Below are positions 1 to 12,100 of a stretch of DNA of 64,000 bases, one piece after another. This stretch comes from Nemertoderma westbladi. Taxonomy: Eukaryota > Animalia > Xenacoelomorpha. A model generated the notes under the pieces. That model had not been told where the DNA came from and did not search any database. It was given only the letters and a program-made list of their open reading frames with translations. The stretch lies in assembly GCA_032718475.1 (NCBI GenBank), contig JAUCBJ010007596.1, positions 1 through 64,000 on the forward strand, in the 5' to 3' direction. How positions within the stretch are numbered: position 1 is the stretch's first letter; each line of letters starts with the position of its first letter. Both the position numbers and the translations under genes were made by a program.

Positions 1-969
1 CAGCAATCCGTTCAGACCTAATAACAGCCAGACAACTATCCAGCCTACAAATTATTTAAATAAAATTATACGCTACCCGTACAGACTTACACAAACAAAG
101 TACAGACTAAACGATGGCAGACTACTCTCAAGCCTAAATAAACTACAGGACATGCAGACTCCGAAATGATTAGGGAGTATGCGCTCTAACCCAGTAGTGC
201 GACTTATTCTTTAGTTGGGGGTTTACCTTATAGCGTTGCTGCCCCTACTTCCTAACCGTACTTAATCGGACAAGTGCTCTACACACACTGCAATTCGTTC
301 GGACTTAACAGCAATCAGACAACAGCTCAGCCTACAAATTGTCTGTACAATCTGATCAGGTTTACACGCCTTCTGTTCAATACTGGCCTACAAACAAATA
401 AAACTGACAGAAATAGGCCTAAGTAAAATCCCAATAAAAACCAGGCGTCCCCGATTAATTATTAAGACCTACCGGCATATATAATCAAATCGAATAATAC
501 TGCTGTACTTATACGGAAGTAGGTACCGGTCCGGATGATCAGGCAGTCAGGCCTACTGGTTACCGGTCGACCGATACTTTCGACTTTATTGCTTACTGCA
601 ATAAAGAAGCTATATCCTTTAATGTTCGCGCTTTCAGACCTTTGGCAGTTTAACCCGCCAAATTAAGATGTCTTCTAGATATTAAATCTGCTTTTTAGTC
701 TATGACAAGTATTTGATTCACTACACTAGTCGAAACCAATCCGTGCGCGACCATTCACCCGCTGGATATTCCCGGGAGATTGGGTTCGACGGTTTAATTT
801 TTATTGCTATGTAAGCCTAATGTATTATTCGACTGACAGTATTATATAATCTCTGACAATATTATTCACCTTCGGTAATATTAACAGTTCCTTTAGGACG
901 TGGCGCTTTATCTATATAAACAGAGTTATGACTTAAACTACTCACAACGATATGGCTTAATTATAATTC

Positions 970-2210
970 GGGTAACAGACGTTTCGGTCTAAGACGTTTT
1001 GGCCTAGGACGTTTCGGCCCAATGAATGAAATACAAGATTTGCATGTCGGACGTTTTGGCCCAAAGATTCACTTTACTCCCTTAAATAAGCTACAGTATT
1101 AATAATAAGTTATTCAATATATTTGCTTTGTAGTTGTTACGTTCGTTACAAGAGGAGTTGTCAGTAGGAACTGCTCCAACACCTGTTTGAAAGTCGTCAA
1201 GATCGAAGTTCTACATTATATTTATAAATAATAACTAATGTAATATTATTATTACTATTTATTTATATAAATTTACACCATACTGTAACTTAAAACAAAG
1301 ATAACATGCTGACAAATTAAGTTTAGTATTATGATGATGGGGTTTCCCCCATAAAAAAAACATACGTATTTTAAAATGTGTGTCAATAAATAAAGTACAT
1401 TAAAATACACGGAATTAATATTATTACTGTATTTTAATATTGGTCTTAAAAATATAATAGATTAGAAATATTCCATTAAAGGAGCATTGCTAATAATTAT
1501 GAGACAGGCTGGATGTCATATGGAATGAGAGAAAATATATGCGTATTAAATTTAAATTTAGATGAAATGTATGCGCATTGAAAGGACCAGAGTGGATGTG
1601 AAGTGAAATAAAATATGTATTAATAAAAGCATTATACGTCGTTATCTATGGGTATAAATCAAAATCATCTATCATCGAAGATGAGAGTTATTGTTTCAAC
1701 AGATCATTAAGACATAGCTGCAATACACTGTCCAGCTACAAGAATTATCAATTGAGTAATGTTTAAAATTAATGAAGTATCTCCAAAATATATCGATCAG
1801 ACGAGATTTAAGCCCTAAATGGTTCGTGAAATTGATTCACTTTGGTAGAACTATTAGCAATGTGGTACTGGAGACCAATAGATTAGTTCTGACTTGCATT
1901 TTTTCGGCCGCATAACATAATAGATGGCGAATTGTCTATGGAACCAGAGCACCACTTCCCTAATGTTTATTTTATTTTGAAATAAAAGTAAATTAAATAG
2001 CCATTTCATGAAAGATATTTTATTAAGTGTTTGTATGTTAGTGTGAAATAATTATAATTTAAATGAATAATTATTATCATATCAAACAAGTTAGCCTTTT
2101 CATTCAGTTACAGTCATGGGCCGAAACGTCCGGGCCGAATCGTCCGGGCCGAAATGTCCGGGCCGAAACGTCCTGGACCGAAACGTCCTAGGCCGAAACG
2201 TCTGTATACC
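970..2210. mobile_element. Non-autonomous MULE/foldback-like DNA transposon inserted in the BEL LTR
   Basis: Inverted ends built of ~15-bp tandem units (GGACGTTTCGGCC / GGCCGAAACGTCC). 9-bp TSD TTATAATTC at 961-969 and 2211-2219. LTR homology resumes on both sides. Confidence 0.85.
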
Positions 2211-2609
2211 TTATAATTCACATATATGGCGCATTCTTTAGGAATTGCTTCTTTAACAGACTCACTCATACACAATGCTGCACAATACTGCACACTAATC
2301 TGCCAATCTTCACTGATTTTAGTCACATATAAAAGGAACACAGGCTGACTCATGTAGGGTCTATCAAATAACATTAGATTCACTTCAAACCACTTTAACA
2401 TAAGTCACAATCGTTATTGGTAACCTTTCTCTCTTACCTTCGGTATATCAAGAATATTGGGTTGCGGGGTTATTTATCGTTATTCCAAATATAATAATTC
2501 ATCAACCATATTATGAAGAACTGACATTAAATAGCAGTATAAAACAACAACTGAACATTTAGGTAGATCGGTACATCAGTACCGGTATGTCAGCAGTGAG
2601 ATATTTACA

Positions 2610-5059
2610 CGTTCGTGGGGCCTTCGCGCAGCACGAGGTCCAGTTATGAGATACAAATTAAAATTAAGCGACTGTATCACAAAATCAGGTTTTGAGAAAT
2701 TTACCCACACCACCAATCAATCAAAGAAAGGGGGACAGTACGTGTTCACCCCTTTTAATCCCCCCCCCCCCCCCCCACCCTTCTCAACCACCAATACATA
2801 ACCGTGACATCTACCACCCACGGAAGGGTAGAACGAACTTATTTCCAATCGCACGTTAAATATGCAAAGCCAGGTGGTGTATATGAATATAATCAACGCC
2901 GTACTCGTCTTAATTATTATAAGCGTCGTTCAATCGTTGCGCTCGTCCAGAGTAAGTCCCCCCCCCCTATCAGAAAGATTTACTCAACAAAAAATAGTGT
3001 AAATAAATAAACAACTACAAGGATAAGAGGTCATGTGTAGGAAAGCTAATCAGACGATACCTTTACTAATATATTGAGCTGCATTGATCTATACATAGTA
3101 ATGTTGGGTGATGGGGGGGGGGGGGGGGTGAGGGGTAGGGGGTGTCTGGGTGGGTTGTTAGTATTAGGGTGCACAATATCGACGCACGCGCAGGAATGTG
3201 TTGATGTTTAATAGCACCGCATTCCCGCGTTAGAAAGCATCCCCAATTGGAATAAATAAATAAATTAAACGCGTTTCGTTATGTTCCTCGACTTATATTA
3301 TTCTCTCCACGGACGAGTTATTAGCTGCTAGACAGGTAGACCTAGTCCCCCACAACAACGGTCATACCTTCAATCAATCAATCAATTGAGCTCATATGAG
3401 CTCGTATATTAGTTTTATTTATAAATTGAAATCTCACGAATTAATAGGCCTATTAGCTGATTAGTGAACTATCATATGTTAGACCATATATATATATTAT
3501 ATATTGGACCTTATCAAAATAGCGGTTGTACTGGGGCGGTATATGTTGTTCTCTAACCCACTGCAAGCGCATTTGAGGGGCCGGTATGTTTTAATAACTT
3601 CTGGTACAACGGGATGCAGTATTACAGCGCCAAGTAGATTTAATCTGATCAGAATATTCCGGACGCTAAGTTCATGTCATTCCCGATAAGTCGGGACTTT
3701 ACAAAACTCGTGGATAAAACCGCGTGTAGCAGAGAGCAGATAAATTGGGTTGAATTGCAAAACAGAATAATATGGAACTGTAAGTGGAACTGCGGCGATT
3801 TGGGTTTTTTTGTTATGGTGAATAGTCAGCCTGTCCGCGATATGTTCAGCTGCCCTTTTTAATGGGTTGCAGGTACAAATGAAATACACATTGCAGTTAC
3901 TAAAATAAAAGTGGCGCATATTATTGTACATTTACAACAACAATTATATAAATGCAATATGCCTGATCCCTATTAATGTACTTTGTACCGCCAATTCTGT
4001 AATTCAATAACGCAAAGCCGCGTTTACTGTACAGCAGCACGTAATATATTTGATACTTATTATACTAACTAAACTAACAAACCGCAAGGCCTACTTACCG
4101 AAATAAATTAACTTTCAGTTAAATACAATATACTTGTTTGCTCTGTAAAAATTTTAATTAAAAACAATCCTGCCATTTAATATACCTAATTAGCATGGTT
4201 GCGTAAGCAGTATGAATTGGAATGAAATTGTGAAATAATTTATTTAAACTATTATGTACATTTAGATTAAATAATAATACAGTAAGTTGGCCTACAGAAA
4301 TAAACATTGATATTCGGAACAGTAAAACAATTATTTATTTCATTCATTCAACTAACCAGAGAGACTCATAGCTCCAGTGAATATTAACATCCCGACGTTA
4401 CTTTAGTAATAATATTAATGTCATTGAACCCGATACACACACACCTCCAATCAGCCAGTTCAATGGAGAGTGAGTGAATGGATGGCTACTAGCAGCAGCA
4501 GCAGTCTGCCTCTTACAAGCAAGGCTGACTGAATACCTCAAGTGTTGCTGGGAATCAAGCCAACTTGGATGTTAACCAATAAATGAGCAGTATTTAATGA
4601 GAATACATTTTTTATGCCGGTTTAATTACTTTAGATCAATTAAAGACACGATTATTAAAGCAAATCACTTGAACTAATTAAAAACTATAATAGAATGGAG
4701 TATGCGGATTACATCTGTATATTTTTTAAGTATAATTATTGAAGTCTTATACTGTAAAACAATTAATTTCCTTTAAAAGGCAGGTTGAAAATGGTGTTTT
4801 TACCGTAATCAACTTAATTAACTAATTAACTGCTATTATCTTAGCTTCTCGAAGGCCACACGGAAATTCTACTTGGAAAATTTCTAAACTTTTGCCATAC
4901 AACATGTGTACCAAGTTTGGATAGATTTCATCAAAGATTGGCCGAGTTATTAACGTTTAAAATTGAACACGACAGAACGACAGAACGACAGAACGACAGA
5001 ACGACAGGTTGATTAATGGTACCACTACGCTAAGGCTCACTCACTTCGTGGCTCGCCCC
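2610..5059 (-). mobile_element. Non-autonomous 'TGT-family' DNA element (Crypton- or Helentron/HINE-like)
   Basis: Ends are reverse complements of those at 24915/28132 (GGGGCGAGCCACGAAGTGAG ... GCGCGAAGGCCCCACGAACG). Carries the (CTGTCGTT)n microsatellite and AAACTTGGTACACATG motif. Flanked by ACA on both sides. Confidence 0.75.
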
Positions 5060-7059
5060 ACAGTGAGATATTCAAGTTAAAGGATATATGCCCTTTATAA
5101 TTAAACCTACTAGTGTACGACTAAAAAGCAGTACAGCACAAAATACTTCCAAGCCGTTCTTTCTTTGGCTCAAGACTGAATGTAAACACTGCACATAGGC
5201 ATTGCGTCATTTCTCGGAAATTTTCTGTACAAGGAGCCACAAAAACGCTCTCATTGGCTGACTGAACTGAGAGACGCCGTAGAACAAAGGAAATCAACAC
5301 GTATGAATGTCAGCTGTTAACCGTAGTCATAGTAACTACTGTTCAAGAGTAGCTATCACCCTTTTGCGTCACGAATTGCCATAGAATCATAAAATATGCC
5401 TTTCTCAGTACACATACGGAGGAAATAGGTCTTAGATCCCCTAAAAACACAGATACAGCAATAATACGGTCTCTTACACTTATTAAATCAACTACAGAGT
5501 ATTTTAATGTAAAAGATAATAAAAATAACGGGGCAATTCAGCAAAGGCTTTTACATATTACGTAGCCATTCATACATTTAAAAAATGTTCCAGAATATGG
5601 TTTATTTATTAAATAGAATAAAATAGCCTCGCGCCGGTGCAAAACCATGCACCATTTGAACGCCCATATCTCAGCTATTTGTCAACAAAATTCAAATTGT
5701 GTTAGATATTTGGAATCCTTGCATGAGCAGCTTTCCATTGGTACCATATAAGGTAGAAGAATAACTGCGGTATAACTGGTGTAATATCGCTGGAGACACT
5801 TTATTTAAACGCTTGTAGCTAAAAATTGAAAGCAAAAATAAAAATTTTGGCTCACCCAGTCAGTGGTAGGGAGGTGAAACTATCTCTGTTTCAAATTTCA
5901 TGCAATCTCATTAAGATTTGTAGAAAAATTAGGGGGGGGGGGGGGGGGCGTGTCACTGAATTACGACACTATATTCTGGGATATGGTGTACTCTAGTGTC
6001 TGAAGTAACAACCACAATATGTTTTTATATTAAAATACAGTATGTTAGTAGTTCATCCAAGTGAATGGTGTGTTAAAATAATTAATCTCTGTTTTATACC
6101 AGAAATCGCGTATTTGAAATAGCGTCCATTCGACTTGCAGCCATATGGCACTGCTTAAAATCTGCATGTATAGTAGCCTATGTATAAATTATATTACAAA
6201 ATACCGCGAGTCCAAATGGTGTTGATTCATACTAATAGTCAAGGCTGTGCCCACTAACTCGAAGGAACTCGTGCGGATCAGGCTTGCATATATGAGCGTG
6301 TACGTGTAATGCAGGGCCGGCTTTAAGAACGGATTTCCTGTGATGTGACTTTTAAGCTTAGTTAGTAATGTTAGTTAAGAACTAACTACTGAAACCGTAC
6401 GTTTCTCGGGAATGCAACGTTAACATAAAAATATTATTTCAATACGTCATCAACAGAGTTTTTTTTGTTAATTTTTAATTTAAATTTATAAATAGTTACG
6501 CCCCCTTCGCTAGGGTTTGTAACTGTTCAGTGTTCATGTCGATGTTCATCACTACTTATAGCTATGCGCTTCTTACAGGGGTATTAATTGACTTTTTACA
6601 TTATTCTTCTTTATTAACGGAAATTTGGTGTTTTAAAATAAATATATTTTAGGCATGGATGCGATCGCATTTGTAAGAATTATGCCGATAGTATTGATAC
6701 TGAAATATTAATTTACCATGTCAACGCCTCAACGAAATTATTTAGCTAATTATTCTAAAGAATCACGATTAAATACTCAGCCAATCATTTTGCGAGATAA
6801 ATAATAAGCACGCTGTTTTATTAGTCTGGTTATACCTACACTAAGTATAAATAAGTATGATAAGTTTTAAGTTTACTAAGTATAACTGTCCTATAGATGT
6901 AATTATCCTTTGCTCGAGTAGTGTGGGATTAGTTGGACTGGTTCCCAGCTAGGCAATAGCAAGATGGAATGAGGGAGCTAGAAATATAGGGTGGATAGAC
7001 GGGGCTTTTTAATAACTTAATTACATTAGGCCTACGTTTAGATAAATTAAAAACACATT

Positions 7060-7468
7060 TCTTAAAGCAAATCACTTGAACTAATTAAAAACTATAATGG
7101 AATGGAGTATGGGGATTACAGCTGTATAATTTCTAAGTATAACTATTTATATCTTATACTATAAAATAATTTATTTCAATTAAAGGGCAGGCAGAAAAGT
7201 GCTGATTTTTTTTACCTTAATCAACTTGATTAACTAATTAAATGTCTTATCTTAGCCTTTCGTAGGCTACACGCATATTTTATTTGGAAAATTTCTAAAT
7301 TTTTGCCAAACAACATGTGTACCAAGTTTGGTTAGATTTCACCTAGGATTTGCTGAGTAATTAACATTTAATAACATGGATCGACAGAATGACAGATACA
7401 CAGACAAACCAATTGATATAGTGGTACCCGTATGCTAGGCTCGCTTACTTTCGTGGCTCCCCCCACAA
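7060..7468 (-). repeat. Diverged partial copy of the TGT-family element
   Basis: Similar to 4655-5060 (AAAGCAAATCACTTGAACTAATTAAAAACTATAA; CAACATGTGTACCAAGTTTGG; TTCGTGGCTCCCCCCACA). Confidence 0.65.
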
Positions 7469-8569
7469 TTATTTTTTATTATTAAACACCTCGTATAATA
7501 TTTAGAGAGGGAGAAAAGCACCAAGGTTTACGTATAACACTAACAGGTTAATATTTCCTAATTAAAAACACACGAATAAAATAAAAACTCAAGTAAAATT
7601 CAAAGCATTAATATATTTATTTACAGGTAAAATTACATACAATAGGATCTACTAGTGATACAGTATAATATATTTATTTACAAAGCTCTATTACATCTAC
7701 AATACCTCAGTCAGTTAGTAGATTAAAATTTTTTTACCTTTGAATAAAATATATCTTTGTTCGTCGAGTTTACGACATCAACCGGTAAATTATTCCATAT
7801 ATTATTAACTATTCGATTACCAAAGGAGAATTTACTAATCTGGAGCCTGGAACGTTGTTGAACTATCACAAACGAATTATCTCAAACCAGTAGTTATAAT
7901 CATACTATTGTACTGTATTTAATAATAAACAGAGGTTGGAAATCTTTGGAGTTTCGAGTTTGTGTTAGGGAGTGTGTGTGTAGGGTAGTGATTTGAGATA
8001 GTCAGATGGTAGTGGTGGAGTAATTAAAGTTAGAGATGGAGAGAATTGGTGAATGAAAATGCATGAGCCTCGGGCCCTCGGCCAGTCTGCCAGTAGGTAG
8101 TGGTAGTGGTTAGCTCAGCTCCTCAGCATAACTATACCAGTATACCTGAACCTGAAAGAAGGTTATGTGGGGACAAGTTCAATTCCAGTCGGTGCGATTT
8201 CATTTTTTCTCTTCAACAACTCAACGATCTGCTGATATTGTGATTTTCATTCAATTCAAAGTGCTGTTTAAATTAATTATTTACCAGCTGACTGACCACT
8301 AGGCAGTAGGCACTAATGACTACAGGACTAAGTGCAAAATTTTGAATACCGGTAATGGTAATTACGCGCACTTGCGCAACAGCCAATGCAGCAATGAACC
8401 AAGTGAACAATTCAGCCATCCCCTGCCTCCTACTGTTATTTTCCAAAGATTGAGCCAACGTTTGAGGGGGGTGGTATTGGTATTATAGTGGTTTACTTAA
8501 TGGCTGAATCGCCCTGAATGGTACATGCTGCTATGTAACGGCTGAACGGTAGCTTAAGGCTTAGGACAC

Positions 8570-8935
8570 CAAATCTCTGGATGGCACATTCACAAGAATG
8601 CTACGCCGGGTTCATTGTGTCAAGTACAATGCACACATCTCCAACCAGACACTATATAACTTTGGAGGTGTCTCATTGGTTCCCCCAAGCTTGACACTAG
8701 AACAAAATCGCCTCCGCTTTGCAGGACATTGCTTTCGCCGTGAGGACCAGCCAGTGCATAATCTTGTACTTTGGCTGTTTGGCAGCCTCATGGTCAGATG
8801 GTGTGAATAAGCATGGTGGACAGCCCATGTCTTTCTTGAGACGCATCCTAAAGGACACTGGCCTTAAAGATGCGGATGATCTAGCAAATGTCATGGGTGA
8901 TAGGGAGTTGTGTGTTGTGGCGGTGCAATTTTGTT
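8570..8935 (+). mobile_element. Degenerate 3' fragment of a LINE (RTE-like) ORF2
   Basis: Translates to LDGTFTRMLRRV...HISNQTLY...RLRFAGHCFRREDQPVHNLVLW, typical of the RTE-like post-RT C-terminal region; frameshifted. Confidence 0.6.
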
Positions 8936-9194
8936 GACAAGCCGGCACAGCATTCTTAAAAATGCAGCTGCAATGCAGCATGCCGATCCTACTGTCTGAC
9001 TGTAGTAGTAGTAGTAGTCAGTACTAGGTAGCTAGGTGCTAGGCGTTAGCTAAGCATAACTTTGTGCTTTGTACCTGTTGCTTAGGCCTATCAGCCTATT
9101 GCAGTATTGGCTTTTCGTTTCGAACTCTACCGGCACATTCTCTGTTTCTAGTTATTTCTACGATTTTGTCATATTCAGATATTATTTAAACATT

Positions 9195-12100
9195 ATGATG
9201 ACCTCAAAGAAAGAACGTACAACTACGTTTACTTACTGCCAGGTGGATTTGTATAACATACAAGAAAGTCGCAATAATGAAGTCATTCACAAAGACGTGG
9301 ATATACCATCGACAAGTGGAAATTCCGACAATGTTGGCGGCAGTAAAAGGCAATTAACTTTGAATGACTCCTTCAATAAAACACCAAAAAAGAGAAAAAT
9401 ATGTGCAGGTACGAATCCTCTTGAACCTAATAGAAATAGAGAAGCTGAGAGATGTTGTGAATGTCGTCAGGTTTTAAATGATACTTTACTTTCTCTTCAG
9501 TTTAACGATTGCATTGAAATGAAAGAACAACTTGTCTTACATAAGGTGTTGGGTGGTTGTCTAGATGAAGAAGATACTCCGACTGTTCTCATAAATAACT
9601 TCACCGTTTACGATAAAAAGAAGCACGTTTGTCCCTTCGATAAGGACCTCATAGAGAACAACGTGGAGTTATACCTCAGCGGATATGTTAAAGGGATTGG
9701 CGAAGAAGGTCCGGGTGTCGCCGTTAAGGGTTTGGGACCGCTGTCCTCGTGGTGGTTCATGGGAGACAATACGGACAGCCAATCTCCCGGGATATCGAAC
9801 ACAGCCCCCGGAGTGTCTACCGACACTGTCGACTACTATCTACAGGAACCGAGCGATCAGTTCAAACCCTTTATGAGTTCCGTTATCGTAAAAAGCCATC
9901 TGAGCAACGTGGTTATCAACTTCCTTCTAGAGAACACCGATCCGGAGTATGAAGACCTCATAAACCACATCGAATCCGTCGTCCCTTCCGACAAAGTCCC
10001 GGTAACTCGCTATTCCGAAGATCTTCTCATGGAACATCTCGGGTTTATCCTCGAGAATGTGAGGGAATATGACGAGGAGTACCCGGATGATCCTTTCAGT
10101 GAGACTCGCTGCATCCAATACCTAAAGGAGTGGGAACCCGTGGAGTTGGAGATTGAGAAGGAAAACGTAGCTAGGAAACCAGTCGCTAGGAGGCATAAGA
10201 AGAGCCAATCAGTCTCTAAAAAGGCGACCTCTAGTCAAGCGACTCTATCGTCCGTTGTTCTCAGTACATTCGAGTCATATTTACCGAAGTATATAATAGA
10301 GGAGCGAGGTTCTAGAATCCACAGCGAGGAACCGGACGAGGGGAGTTCGTCGATTAGCGAGGGGATTGATAAACTTGCGATTAGTTTGTGCGGGAAGGAG
10401 GCGGAGTGGATGGGCCCCCCGTTGTCTGTGGAGGGAGGGCGATCGTTCTACGGGGGTTTTGTTAGTCGGGGGGTTCGTGTGGAAGTCGGGGAGTTCGTCA
10501 ACGCCGATGGAAACCCCGAGAGAGTGGTTCGGGAGAGTCGAGAGGTTTCGGGGAATCGCGTCGGGAAGGTTCTCTATCTGTACGGGAAGGGGAGCAGAAG
10601 GTTCGCGCATTGTGGCTGGTTGGTCTACGCGCGGGACACCATCCTGGGGGACACCGCGGACAGCCGGGAACTGTTCTGCGTCGACGAATGCGAAGACGTC
10701 CCGTTGGAGAAGATTAAGTCGGTCGTATCGGTTGTTTATAAAAGGCCGGAACGTTTTGGAACAGAAGAGGTTGTGGAACGGAATTGCTACTTCTATAAAC
10801 TTCGGTACGACGCCAAGTACGGTCGGTTTGATGATATCCCAGTGGACGAGGGTAGCGAGGCCGACTACTGCTACAGTTGCAACGAGAAATATAAACGAGA
10901 TTCCTACGAGAAACCGGCAGTCTCGGAATTCTTGAAAAGGGAAAGTAAAGTTAACGGGTTAGATTGCTATAAGACGTTTACTTACAAAGGATTTACTTAC
11001 CGGGTTGGTGATTGTTTCTACGCCGCTCCTAAAACTATCAAGTTCGATTTCAAACTGAAAGTAAAGTCGTCGGTTTCAACGCCATCCATCGGTCTCCACG
11101 ACGAAAAGAAGTTCCCTGAGATGTACCGGAAGACGGATCACGTAAAGGGAAGTAACGCCAACTGCCCAGCGCCGTTGCAGATCGCGAGAATAAAGTCCAT
11201 CTACCTGCTGCACGACGAGGTTAAACTCGAGTGCGGCAAATTCTACCGGCCGGGGGACACCCACGGCGGGTCGGAGTTGGAGAGTAGCGAGGATCTAAAC
11301 TGTTTGTATTACAGCGAGGAGGCGGTTGTACTGCGGTGCGCCGCGGCGGTAGTTGGTCCGGTTCGCGTCGTCTACGCCGATAAACTCGCCGACGACACGG
11401 ATAAGTTGTTCCGCTTCGAGTGTTTCTATTTCTCAGAGATGTTCGACGCGGAAAGCCGCGGATTCACGGAGCCACCTGAAGCCGCTAAACGGTTTTACAA
11501 CTCGGACGAAGTCGATAAGGAGATCGAAGTTCGAGGAAACGTCGAAAAGTTGCGGAGTCTGGATGTGTTCGCTGGATGCGGGGGTTTGTCGGAGGGGTTC
11601 CACCAGTCGGGAGTCGCGGAGACTCGGTGGGCCATAGAGATGGACCAATCAGCGGCCGGGGCCTTCCGCGAGAACAACCCGGGGGCGACTGTCTACGCGG
11701 AGGATTGCAACAAACTGCTACGTAGCGCGATGGACGGGGACTTGGTTTCGGAGTCCGGGTTGCGACTGCCGGAACGGGGCCAGGTGGACCTGCTGTGCGG
11801 CGGACCTCCGTGTCAGGGGTTCAGCGGGATGAACCGATTCAACACGAAGGAATACTCCGTCTTCAAGAACTCGTTAGTTCCGACTTACCTGAGTTACTGC
11901 GACTTCTACAGGCCGAGGTTTTTCCTTCTAGAAAACGTTCGCAATTTCGTTTCTTTCAAAAATTCCGTGGTTCTAAAGTTGACGATGCGTTGTCTCGTCG
12001 CTATGGGTTACCAGTGTAGGTTCGCGGTGCTGCAAGCCGGTCACTACGGTGTGTCCCAGACGCGACGTCGCGCTATCCTACTGGCTGCGGCGCCGGGGGA

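Larger units (their letters stand above)
1..5478 (-). mobile_element. 5' end (5' LTR 623-5478 plus start of leader) of a BEL/Pao LTR retrotransposon related to the element at 37900-55444; LTR interrupted by two insertions
   Basis: The reverse complement aligns along its length to 37900-39900 (e.g. GCGCCACGTCCTAAAGGAACTGTTAATATT, TATCCAGCGGGTGAATGG, CAGCCAATxAGAGCG). The LTR starts TGTAAGAG at 5478 and ends GCGCGAACA at 623. It is ~1.15 kb after removing the inserts at 970-2210 and 2610-5059. Confidence 0.85.

Noticed and set aside
2114-2401. ORF with GRFGP repeats
   Set aside because: Translation of the 15-bp terminal tandem repeats of the MULE-like element.
8095-8215. tRNA-like A/B box sequence
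   Set aside because: No cloverleaf can be folded; at best a decayed SINE head.
9069-9194. ORF-track N-terminal extension of DNMT1
   Set aside because: Starts at TTG in pyrimidine-rich, intron-like sequence ending in TTCAG; not a credible eukaryotic start.
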